NCBI GenBank assembly: GCA_002269645.1
Contig: NIVC01004725.1
Coordinates: 1-36,990, forward strand
DNA length: 36,990 nt
Reading direction: 5' to 3'
DNA from: Macrostomum lignano
Lineage: Eukaryota
Below the pieces are notes generated by a model that searched no databases, was not told where the DNA came from, and worked only from the letters and a program-made list of their open reading frames with translations. Positions 1-10,666 of this stretch are shown here, piece by piece (within the stretch, counting starts at the first letter, position 1; each line of letters starts with the position of its first letter). Both the position numbers and the translations under genes were made by a program.

Positions 1-242
1 TGCTGCACCTTTCCATTTGTAATAAAATTTATTATTTGCTGCCATCACATTGGAACGTTTGACCAAACCAGTGAAGTCGTTAAGATAGACATGGTAATTA
101 GCGCCTGGATCCAGGCGAATCGCCTGCTCTAATTTTTCAACAAACATCCCGTTTGAGTCATTAATTCGCCCAGTTATTGTAATAGGAATGCTCTCCTTAG
201 AGTGAGAAACAATATTATTAGTCTTTCAGCAATCGCTTCCAT
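1..242 (-). CDS. Minor capsid protein (penton), 5' portion, interrupted by 1-bp indels, runs off the window
   Basis: ATG at 242. Manual translation gives ...ESIPITITGRINDSNGMFVEKLEQAIRLDPGANYHVYLNDF..(W)SNVP.V.AANNKFYYKWK, matching the Polinton penton N-terminal pattern (PI.L...Y.V.L..F....+PN+...NNKFYY). It lies directly downstream of the MCP. Confidence 0.75.
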
Positions 243-260
243 TTTTCACAAAAAAAATAT

Positions 261-1536
261 TTAAACTTTACTGGATGAATTGTTGATCATGTTAAGCTTC
301 ACCTTCCTCTCAAATGCATAGACAATGTACAGGTCCACGGGTGTTGCGCAGTCCTTTCAATGTTAGTCACGATATTCACAGGGCTGTTATCAGTAGGCAT
401 TTGTCTGGCAGACACATCAGCGCCAAACATCGGATATAGAGTTCCATTGAAGAGCAGTGATAGCAATTCCATTGTTCTCTTTCACAGCCAAGTCGACAAC
501 TCGCTATAAAATTTGCTAATCTTGTTCTGACTGAAATCTCCATTTTGTGGCAGTGCAGGGTAAAGATTATCACTGATTTCATGCTGAATGGACCGCACGT
601 CTCCATGCATGTAGCGTATAATGCTATTTGGGTTTCTCATATTAATAATGATATACCTTGGATTGCTGCATGATCCCTCTTTAATGCAGATGTTTGTTCT
701 AGTTTCGTTTCGCTCATCTCGACACATGTAGGCCGTGTATGCAACATCAATGTCCTTCTCTATTGCCTTAAGATAATCGCTTTTAGTGCAGTCTTTGGCT
801 CAATGACTTCCAAATACAGCTCGATTCCGGTTAGCTTCACATCCATCCTAGTGTGGTCCGCCCCAGTCCACAACACTCTACTGCGATCATCTCTAGTCAG
901 TCTAATGTGTAGCTAAAGTTACTAGTCAGTCGATTAAATGTATTACAGAATCCACTCATGAATCTAGTGGTACAAATACATCAACAGACGATACTGCGGG
1001 TTCTTAGCAGCATCATCAGCACCTTGCAATGCATAGTTGTATCTCTTCTTCCTTTTTATAGCCACTGTCATTGATGTCTCCTTCTTTTTCATCTGCAATA
1101 AAACCCGCACCACTTCCCAACTGAATAAAATCAGGATTCTCGATCAAACAATGAGCGTCATAGACAATTCCAAAGTTGGCGATTCGCTCCAACTCAGTGC
1201 TCCCATTCGATACACTAAACTCCTTGAACATGTACGCCCAAAAGTTACTGATCAGAGCCACATCCGCATCATGCTTGTCAACGTTAGCACGAGCCGCATC
1301 CGCACCACCCTTTGTCTTGAATTGAAATGTCATATGGAAGCCGCTCTTAGACTGTGCACACTAACCAAAGACGAACATCCATTGTATGTAAATGTCAGTG
1401 TTTGACCAGGACCAAGATTAGTTTCATTCTGATTTTCCTGACTGGGAACTCTTACCTGAGTCGCTTTGATTGTGCTATCATCACTCAAAATAGGCTTGTT
1501 AATTTTGTAGAAAACTGGTGTCAGTGGGTCGTTCAT
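261..1536 (-). CDS. Major capsid protein (double jelly-roll, hexon-like), split by several 1-bp indels
   Basis: Fragments join into one ~420-aa protein: MNDPL..LGPGQTLTFTYNG (1536-1330), NFWAYMFKEFSVSNGSTELERIANFG (1333-1016), VFVPL..SGFC..FNR, VKLTGIELYLEVIEP, SNPRYIII, LYPALPQNGDFSQNKISKFY, YPMFGADVSARQ and VDLYIVYAFERKV, with a stop at 261-263. All are typical Polinton MCP blocks. Confidence 0.88.
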
Positions 1537-1566
1537 TTTTTAACTAAAAATAAAATAAAATAAGAA

Positions 1567-2774
1567 ATGAAGCGAAAAAGTACACAGCAGATATCTGAAT
1601 TGGAGAAGCTAGCACAAGCAGAGAAACGAGTTACCGGGCTAATAAATAAGGAGCAACAATCCTACAATGAGTTTGTCCAAGCAGCCACAGAGTTTCATAA
1701 ACCCGGGTATGGAGAAGCTAAGAAAAATATTGATCAGGTCAAAGAAACTATCGACGACATACAGGAAACCCAGGTGCAAAAGGCTTTGGGCAAAATTCCA
1801 GAAGCACCACAGATACAGCCGCAACACAACAATCACAACCACAACAACCACAACCACATCAATCACAACTAAAAGTGACAGATAACATTTTTGGACCAGT
1901 AGAGCGTGTAGAACATGATGGGAAATATGTATTTGGAATAAGTATGTGGAGAAAAAATATTTATAATGAACCAGTGGAATATTATATCGACATAAATAAG
2001 AAACATATTTCTGTTGTCAAAGGCTCGGAAACTAAGAGCATTCCTTTCACAGAAACCTTACTGATTTTATGACCAAGAACCAAGAGAGAATCTCGGACAA
2101 ACAGCTAAAGAACTACAGAGATCTAGTGATTTTTTCTCTTGCTAGAGATATAGAAATACTAAAGGTCCCAGAAGTTCTGAAACACATGTACGATAGCGGT
2201 GTCAACCTGACTAAATTCAAAAAGTACAAGCACTTTAAACAATGGTTCGATTTGCCAGATCAGGGGGAAGTCATTGATCAGATGAAATATCTAGAACAAC
2301 AACAGCAACCGCCACAACAGCAGCAACATTCCACAGAAGAACAAGTACTTAGTCAACTCGAGCAGTTAGACCCTTTGAAAGTAGCTGAATATAAAAATGA
2401 TCACCCAGATGCCTGGCAACTCTTAGAACAACACTCTCCAGATCGAATGAACAGAATCAAGCAAAGAGTTTTCACACCTCAACAAAGACAGGCGCCACAT
2501 GACAGTTCCATCTCTGAAAGTGAGCAGTCTTTTGCATCACCTCCCCAGCAGCACAAGCCCAACCAACTCCACAACCTCAAGACCAACCGCCTTCAACTGG
2601 AAAAGGAATAGCTGAAATCTACAAGCGAGTAGCGGTTCTTCTAGGAGCAGCAAAGACCGGAATGAAAGATGAGAATAGAAAAGAGTTCGTCACATCCTCA
2701 ATAAAATGCTTGAGAGAAAATACATCGATAAGAGGGCGAGAGAGCTTCTGCTTTCGCGGTTCAACAAAAAATAA
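1567..2774 (+). CDS. Conserved Polinton hypothetical protein, fragmented (ORF pieces 1567-1872, 1875-2072, 2069-2611 plus a C-terminal piece)
   Basis: Abutting same-strand ORF pieces. The reconstructed C-terminus AEIYKRVAVLLGAAKTG..ENRKEF..ILNKMLERKYIDKRARELLLSRFNKK* resembles the RL.LL..S..AGN....E...I...L motif common in Polinton ORFs. Contains Q-rich and N/H-rich low-complexity stretches. Confidence 0.6.
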
Positions 2775-2790
2775 TTTATTTCAAGTAAAA

Positions 2791-3168
2791 ATGCCACTTA
2801 TTTTCGAAAAAGACATTGACAAATACTATGACAAAGAGGAACTTAATCTCATTAAACGCGGATCTGGACTTTTCCCTGCAGGCCACTATCCAAGAAAAGA
2901 ACGCTCAGGGAACGGTCTTGCCGATTTGATCGCTCAGGGGGCCAAGATTTTTAAGGTCATTGGAGAGAACAAAGAGAACATCAAGAACGTTGCCGAAGCG
3001 GCTGGCAGTGTAGCCACAGCAGCCAAAAAGATAAAGGATACTGTAACACCTAAACAAGAGATTCAACCGCTGGCTCCGCTGGCCCCAAATCCAGACAAGT
3101 GTGGACCCTGCAGTCTATGAGAAGATGAGAGCTAGCATTAAAAAGGAAGCGGTTTCAAATTTGACTAA
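2791..3168 (+). CDS. Putative virion core/cement protein with GxG protease-site motifs (frameshifted near the 3' end)
   Basis: MPLIFEK..KRGSGLF..RSGNGLADLIAQGAKIFKVIG.., with a reconstructed end VDPAVYEKMRASIKKGSGFKFD* (stop 3166-3168). ATG in AAAAATG context. Confidence 0.65.
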
Positions 3169-3211
3169 AGGGTACTTTTCAAGGGTACAAGACATGTAAG
3201 AGTATAAGACT

Positions 3212-3292
3212 AGTCCTGAAATGACACATCTAAGTCCCAAAATGACACATTAAGTCCCAAAATGACACATTCAAGTCCCGAAATGACACATC
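3212..3292 (+). repeat. Four direct repeats AGTCCYRAAATGACACAT at 20-21 bp spacing upstream of the ATPase
   Basis: AAATGACACAT starts at 3219, 3240, 3260 and 3281. Confidence 0.9.
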
Positions 3293-3335
3293 TTCTAAAT
3301 GATTTATTATTTAATTTTTTTCAATCATAGAAAAA

Positions 3336-4129
3336 ATGGACTTCTCAAACGACTTCAATCCTCACTGGACGCGTAATCAGATTAAGTTTTCTCATCACGA
3401 GTCAATCCCGAGTCACTTCAGATGCATTGTTGTTGGTTCATCAGGTTCAGGTAAAACATTCAGAGTCTTTAACATGCTTCTTAGACCTGGCTTTATCGAC
3501 TATGACACTCTGCACATCTACTCTCCCACACTGTATCAAGATGAGTATAAAATGCTGATTTCTGGATTGCAAAACAAACTGAACAAAGAGGACATTATTC
3601 AATGTTTTAATAACCAAATGAGCCTTCCCAGTAACCCTGAAATTGTAGCTGCTGAATATGCAAAGCACCTCAAAGACAATGAAAAATGGCAGAACATTAA
3701 AGTGTTCACCTATGGAGATCCACAGGCTGATCCAAAGACCAAACTTCTACCCCAACCAGATGAGCTAGAAAAGGGAGAAAGCATTTGATCGTCTTTGATG
3801 ATTGTATGACAGGCCCACAGAAGCAGATAGAAAACTATTTTACAAGAGGGCGACATAACAATTGTAATGTAATTTACATTGCACAGAACTGGTTCGAGCT
3901 CCCGAACAAAACAATTCGTGGGAACTGCAATCTGATTCTCCTGTTTCCAACCATTCCACAGGATAGGCTAAAAAGATTTTACAATGAGGTCATTGCGCCT
4001 GCCTATTTTATAAATCCAACAAAAAACTCAAGCAGAAAGATTTCACAAGAGGAATTCGTTAATCTTTGCTATGACAAGTGGAACCAACCCTATCAGTTTG
4101 TCATGATCAACAAGAAAAAAGAACTGTAA
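3336..4129 (+). CDS. A32/FtsK-like genome-packaging ATPase (single 1-bp frameshift at ~3780)
   Basis: Walker A VVGSSGSGKT, Walker B (HL)IVFDD and the A32 signature FTRGRHNNCNVIYIAQNWFELPNKTIRGNCN. Adding one A in the run at ~3779 gives KGEKHLIVFDD. Confidence 0.95.
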
Positions 4130-4150
4130 TTTAAAATTTGCTAATAAAAG

Positions 4151-4890
4151 ATGTCTATTAATTTTGCAGGTGAATCCATTTCTGGCAACAGCGCTCTTAC
4201 ATCAGCTCAAATATCCATCCTTGACAGGCGATATATCAACAGCGACGAAAAGATCCCAGAGATCAAACTGAATAAAAACAGACTGAAAGCCCTGGAGGCG
4301 CTCCATGCACCAGTTGCAAATAAACATGGAAGATCTCAGGCTTAAAGTAGCTAGGCAGAAGTTTGAAAGTGATAAGCTTTATGTGCCGTTGTTAAACGCA
4401 ACTAATGAACTTAGGTCAGAAATAACTTCGGCAGTCTCGCAAATCAACAGCTTAAGATCGACAGTTAATCTTCTGGGAAATTCCACTGATAGACGGATGC
4501 GTATTCTTGAAGGAGGAGTTTTCACAAACACAGCTAAAGTGAATAATTTAGAAGAGTTCATGAACCAGTCAACAGCGTTGCATGATAGAATTAAAGAAAA
4601 CGTCGCAACCAACACAGGTAAAGTGAGGAATTTAGAAGAGTTCATGACTCAGTCAACATCGTTGCATGATCGAATCAAAGAAAGACTTGAAGCATTAAAG
4701 AGAAAGGATGTATCACACAGTAGCTATCTAAACGGAATGTATAGCTCTTGGGGTAAAATAACTAAGGAGGCTTGATCGTCTGGAGAGAACACTCAATCTT
4801 CGTGATATTGCTATTGATGAAGCAGAATCTACTGCTCGTCCGGTCATGTCTACAGATCGAGTAGAAGGAGCTCTGGACCCGCCGGAGTAA
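4151..4890 (+). CDS. Coiled-coil protein, possible fibre/spike, fragmented
   Basis: ORFs 4151-4345 and 4305-4775 plus a continuation RLDRLERTLNLRD. Heptad-rich, with a 28-aa (84-bp) tandem duplication starting at 4524 and 4608. Confidence 0.55.
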
Positions 4891-5055
4891 TCCGGCACGC
4901 TCTCAAACGTCAGCCCAGCCGCTGCCTGCTGGACTCGCGATCCTCCGGCGTCACGAGAGCCGCCTAGACAACCGGCGGTGCAGATGGAATTATCAAAAAG
5001 AAAACAGATCTTTCAACCGGTATTTTGTATTTTTTTATTTTTTCTAGAGAAAAAA

Positions 5056-5757
5056 ATGGCCCAACAAAATTCTCTATACGATCAGTCTCAATACGTTGAA
5101 CCTAAAATACCGACAGCACCAAACCAATGGCACCGAATTCGAACACACAAAGCCTGAATGCACCGAATCTGAATGCACCTCAATATGAGCAACAAAAACT
5201 CTACCCCGTCATTACTTGTAACTCTCACAGTTTCGACTAGTGGAGATTCAAAAAATGCGAGATGATCTTGAAAAAAATATTTTCCACAACACAAAGAAAA
5301 TTAAGCGCTATGACAGCCACTGTAAATTTTTCGACTACAGCAATATGATTCTAGGATCTGTGTGTGTTCTAACTGGGTCTGCTGCAGCTGTCTCAGTGTT
5401 GCCAGTCATCACAGCCCCAATCGCAATCCCGCTCGGCTCGCTGGTGCTGCATGTGGACTTATTTCAGCAATTACTGGAGCATTAGCGCGAAACAGGCGAA
5501 AAAAACTAAAGCAGCTACAGGAGAAGCAAGTAAAAGAGAAAGGGGTGCACACTTCAATCATAGGGTACATTTCAAGGGCAATCGAGGATAAGTTCATTTC
5601 AGAGGATGAGTTCAAAACCATTCAGGATCTTTATGAACAATCAATTCGAATGAACTTGAACATGGTCGGTACTGATGACATGAGTCAGCTGAAAATGAAC
5701 TCGAGAAAGTTTTCAACATTATGCGGAAAGAAAGGCAAGAAACGAGAAATTCGGTAA
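5056..5757 (+). CDS. Polinton-type membrane protein with hydrophobic hairpin, fragmented by 1-bp indels
   Basis: Reconstructed KLYP..SFRLVEIQK..KKIKRY.. [MILGSVCVLTGSAAAVSVLPVITAPIAIPL / AGAACGLISAITGAL] ..SIIGYISRAIEDKFISEDEFKTI. This LYP/FRL/TM/ISD.EF layout recurs in Polinton ORFs. Confidence 0.7.
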
Positions 5758-5783
5758 GGACAACGAGAAATGCACAATGAACC

Positions 5784-6185
5784 CTATGAAACACAGGTAC
5801 GAATAATTTCCTTGTAGGTCTTTCGTGTTTTGGTCATTGCAAACAAAACAGTCATGCACAGCTCACCGCAAATATCACTGCTAAGACCTTGGAGAATAAA
5901 GTCTGAGCGATAAATTTTTTTATTCTTTTTTCCCTTCATATAATTTCTTAGCTCTTCTGGTACTGCCGTCCCATAGCTATCGAAGTAATAACACTTGTGC
6001 TTGCGATCGGGATCAATCACCCAGCAAACCCAATGAGATCCTGGCTTATCAGTGGTGTCAAAGTTCATGATGCCGCATTCTTTTCTTAGAGGAAAATCAG
6101 GCAGAGTGTCCCTCATAAATATTCCTCTAAAGTTTGGGATTTCCAGTTCGTTAGCCAAATCTTCAAGAAAGTTATTTGTCGTCAT
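5784..6185 (-). CDS. Adenain-like (adenovirus-type) maturation cysteine protease, intact
   Basis: 133 aa with the catalytic pattern GSHWVCW (H), YYFDSYG (D) and Q..SSDICGELC (Q, C). Confidence 0.95.
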   Translation of the reverse strand: MTTNNFLEDLANELEIPNFRGIFMRDTLPDFPLRKECGIMNFDTTDKPGSHWVCWVIDPDRKHKCYYFDSYGTAVPEELRNYMKGKKNKKIYRSDFILQGLSSDICGELCMTVLFAMTKTRKTYKEIIRTCVS

Positions 6186-6238
6186 TTTTTTTTAGTTTTA
6201 TTAAACTTTCTCTTAAACCTAAACCTAGTCTCCACCTC

Positions 6239-9200
6239 CTAAACCCAACCTCCTAAGCCTAATCTCCAATGCCCGAACGGTAGACTGTTAATATTGTCAT
6301 CAAAAATGAATCTCTTGTTATCTGCACCTGACAGTCCAATCTTCTTTTGCTGAATTGTGTGAATAATATGGTTTTTAGATTGTAGCTTTGAGAACTCATG
6401 TGATGTCTTTTTGTTGCAATTCAAGGCGTCTCTGTATTCAGCTTCATTAATTTCCTTCCTAACCACACGTTTCGGAATTCCCTTTGATTTTTTAATTGGG
6501 TCTGACGACTCACATTTTACAAAATAGGACTTTGCTCTCAACCCAATGAATTCAGTGATTATGTCACCAGCAATCTCGTCCTTCATTTTCCCAATCACTT
6601 TCTTGTTAGTAGCGTCAAACACTTGATCGCCATTCTGTGTCCTGCAAGATTCATCATACTCAGACAAGTCAAACAAATCTTTTTGCTGCAGCATGTCCTG
6701 ATAAATGTCTTCTGTTTGAATGTCCATAATAAAACTGTCTGTGTCAGTGTACAAGAGTTTCATTTTATCCTTGTACTGCTGCTTCATGCCATAGAAGAAC
6801 TGGTACATCAGACGTTTTGATTCGTCGAGAACAGTGACACCTGTATAGATCGGCTTGCGCAGCGTCACCTTGGTTTTGTAAAATATGATCACACCTAAGT
6901 AGCTATTAAAGATATGGAGTTCTTTGAATGTTGGCTTTGACATATTTGCCTGAATAACAGCAGGCTCTGATGAGGTAACAAGTTTCAGGTTTGTTCTTTT
7001 CCGCTCATTCTCAAGAGTCTTGCCATAGACAGAGTTGTTGGCCAACTTAAAGAGGTTCTTGTCAAAGTCGTTGGTTGCTTTGGTCCTAAACTGGGTGTTC
7101 TTATCAATGTAGGGTTTCATCCACGCTTCCTCTGTAAATGTAAGAGCCCGGTGAACTTTGGTGACCCTGCAACCAAGTGAGATAAAATACTGAAGCAGTT
7201 TGTAATGGATTTTGTAACGTGTCTTGTTGTTTAGATTCTGTGTTAGTTTCTCTGTATGTTCTTTTTCTGTTCCTGACAGGTGCCAAGTTCCATTATTATC
7301 ATTGGGAGTTTCGATTATTTTCGGGCACTTGATGTTCTCTGGGAAGGGTGGAAAGTCAGAGAAATAGTCGTGAAGCTCTGGTGGAATGTAAACATCAACT
7401 TCATAAATGGCAGCCAATGAAAAGTCCCACTTTAGTTCTGATGAGGGTAGCCATCGAAAATCTCTAACTGGAAGATCTTGACTCATCGCCCACCCGTAGA
7501 GATTATTAGCGTCCAAGTAAGTAATGTAGTTTGAGGGCTGCTCCTTATTGTAAGATCAATGTAGGGATTGTTTGCTTTGCATACCTGTTAACACAAATTG
7601 AGATTCCCCCTCGCTTTGACGATTCGACAAAATTGTACATGTCAATGTCTGTAAGAAGTTCAATGTACCAATCTGGATCTTGATCCCATTTCATTTTAAG
7701 CAAAGATTCCCAGCTAGTGGCAGGCAGAGACACATAATGTGCTGGATCGAGGCCATATGCTGTGTACCAGGTGTATCTGAAGGTTTCAAACACATCGGCC
7801 AGCAGAAACACATCTGTGTAGAGGTAAAGCAGGTGATACTGGAAGAAGTTTTGACAATTAAAGTAATTATAGACATGCTTCGCGTGCTCATAGTCTTTGT
7901 CAGAGATTCCAGAGTCTGTTAGCTTTGAAAAGAATTTCTCCTGTGGTGGTAAACCTTCTTCAAATACGTGATACCCAGTAATATTTTCATAGGGGTAGAA
8001 GCCTTTGGTTCTCAGGAGTTTAAATGATTCATCACTGTTGTAATTTTACTTGCAAACATCTTTGTATATGTACATTGTTCATCTTTTAGATTCTTGCTTA
8101 GTTCGTCTAGACTGGCAGCTAGAAATTGATATGAATCCTTCAGTCTTATTTTACCTGTAATTGAATTATCCTGTTTAATATCAACACACTTAAACTTCTC
8201 CTTGGTCTCTGCGATGCAATCAAGGTGTATGTCTGGAATCATGCCGATTTTTTCAACTATTAAATGCATGTCATAGTTCTTTGCGTTGTGACAAAATATC
8301 GTTAGATCATGAATGTTCGATTTTAGCTTTAGATTACAGGTGTTATGCGCTGCACCTCTAAATTTCCCAGTAAAGTGGCAGTGGTCCCTAACGGTGGGGT
8401 TTTTTAAATCAGTGCAAGTTAACTGTTTCCTGCAGATGTGGCAATGAGTTGCTGATAGGAAATTGCTTTCATCCTCCTCAGACATACTTATTGGAACAGG
8501 TTGAAGGGTGCTAATCACTTTTTGCACTCTAACATTCTGGCAATAAACTGCTCCACACACTGCTCTCCAAAGAAATAATTATACTCAACAAGTCCTTTTG
8601 TATTAATAAAGGCATATGCTACTGAATTGGGGACATGTTTTTGAGTTTGAGTTTGTTTTTGAGTTTCTGGCACGATTGAGCATTCGAAATCAGCATATAC
8701 AACAAATGGGAGCTTCTCCATCTTGTGATAGTTCTTAAACCGGAGATACTTCTCTTCAGCTGAAGGAAGAGAGCAGTTTGTTGGGTGATCCTCGCATGAT
8801 AATTCATGCTCTGCTAGTTTTTCAAAGCGTTCAGGTCCACTGTAATGCTTAAGGCACAAGCGGCAGATGGCAACAGCCTCGTGATGATTATTCAACTGCT
8901 TGTGAATGAGTCTTGAAAGATCTTTAATCCAAACATAGTGAGCCTCCTCTAGTAAATTACCAATCACTAGAAGATCCACTTCAGTCCGCCTTTTCCCCTC
9001 AGGATCTAAAACGTCTTTGCTACATCTGACCGGTTGAACTTTCTCAGTTTTTTCACTCCACTCAAAGACTGTGATTCTAATTTTGTTATTAAACACTTCT
9101 TCTAGCTTAGGGATCTGAGAAATCGCCAAGCCTCCTTTGTCAAACCTGATTCCCTTCTTTTCGCATTCGATGAGATAGTAGTTGAAATAATTTTGATAAT

Positions 9201-10079
9201 TTGAGGTTCTTTCGGGGTGGTGAGGGACACTATCATAAAGAAGTGCAGAAAGAACTGCCCATAGAGCACAGCAATTGTCTTTATTTTTAACATTTATGCA
9301 AGCTTTTTTGCCGGCTAGCTTATGCGGGAGCTCTATATAAGAGGAGGCTTTAAGTGGGTCATATTTCATGACCATGACAGTCGCTCTTTGAATCCCCCCT
9401 ACGACCCATCCGGAACCTCTGGATGTAAACGCTTCAATTTTCTTAGTGACATCTTGAAGGAAAGGATCCAGTGTGTCTGTAGGGGTGAATGGCTTTGCCT
9501 TTGTTGTCATGTAATACTCGAGATGCTCAGTGGGTTTTGCAGGCATATAAAACGCAATCTTGAATGATATCTGTAGTTTAAAAGTCTTGCGTGTTTTGAG
9601 TGTGTGATCAACAACTGATTGGATGCTGTCTTTATAGTCGTAGATATTTGCGGTGGTACCGTTGGTGCCGTTAATTGGGATTGTGTACTCTATGTAATGT
9701 TCTGTAAACTTCCTCTGTGCAAAATTAATCTCTTCAATGGCAAGCTCCGACTCTTTTAAATGGATTAATTGCTCTAATTTCTCTTGTTCCTGCTTATTTT
9801 GTGGGTACTTTGCTTTTTCACCAGTGAGAGTTTCGTATTTGTTAACTAAGTTGCGACTCCTCTCTTGGTGTTCCTTTGCAGGATTTTGTATAGGCGCATA
9901 TTGGTTGGATTCTAATTGATTGATGATTTCCAACTGTTTTTCATAGCTTCCCAGGTGACCAGGGTCGGTGTTGAACTTTGTTTGCATGCTTCTCTTAGTA
10001 AATTACTTTTGTCTTGAAATGAGACGCCTTTTGAAAAATATTTGTTGACTAAATCTTTTGCTGGATTAGCTTTTGGCAT
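6239..10079 (-). CDS. Protein-primed family B DNA polymerase with terminal-protein-like N-region, EndoVII insert and exonuclease; split by several 1-bp indels
   Basis: Motifs YLDANNLYGWAMSQ, KLANNSVYGKT and YTDTDS; Exo YADFE, HNAKNYD and YLYTDVFLLADVFE; KASSYIELP..CINVKNKDNCCALWAV; EndoVII CHIC..VRDHCHFTGKFRGAAHNTCNL. Probable ATG at 10079. Confidence 0.97.
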
Positions 10080-10203
10080 TTTTTTCTCTAAAATAAAAAA
10101 AATTTTTGAGGGTGACCACCCTGATAGAAAAGTTGAACTGTTTCTACATCCTATAAGTAGCGTTAGGTTTATGAAGCTGGATAAAGTGGGGTTTTAAACC
10201 TCA

Positions 10204-10650
10204 TCACATCCGCATTATTGTAAACCCAGCATTGTGTAGTGTCATGATTGCTTTGACAATGTCAGACTTGCTTACAGAATTTTCATGCTCACAATCATCA
10301 AAATCCGGGCAGCCCTCTCCTGCCTTAATTGTTATACCTTTATCTCTTGCAATCTTTTGCAATTCCAGCTGGTGGGCTCTATCATTACCAGCTTTAACAG
10401 CAGTTGCTACACCTCCAGCTACACCACCTGCGGCACTTACAGCGCCTGCAATGATCGGAATAAGAGCTGCTAATGGTAGGATTCCTCCTGACTTTTCATC
10501 TGTGATGCTGTGTCTTTGCTCATTACACTGAACTATTTGCTGCACGGGATCGACTTTTACTTTGGCACCTTTAATTGATATAAGACCTGGTTTCTTTGAT
10601 TCAATGATTTTATTGAGTTTATTGAGGGTTCTAGTTTCAATCTTTGTCAT
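10204..10650 (-). CDS. Adenovirus pX-like virion protein, intact
   Basis: KSGG/ILPLAALIPIIAGAVSAAGGVAGGVATAV parallels the adenovirus pX C-terminal GG/ILPLLIPLIAAAIGAVPGIASV segment. Confidence 0.75.
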   Translation of the reverse strand: MTKIETRTLNKLNKIIESKKPGLISIKGAKVKVDPVQQIVQCNEQRHSITDEKSGGILPLAALIPIIAGAVSAAGGVAGGVATAVKAGNDRAHQLELQKIARDKGITIKAGEGCPDFDDCEHENSVSKSDIVKAIMTLHNAGFTIMRM

Positions 10651-10666
10651 TTTTTATTTTAATATT

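Noticed and set aside
1037-1405. 122-aa plus-strand ORF
   Set aside because: It is antisense to the MCP and has no recognisable motifs; a shadow ORF.
2662-2790. Start of the 152-aa ORF at 2662
   Set aside because: This part is an out-of-frame read of the preceding gene's C-terminus; the core protein probably starts at 2791.
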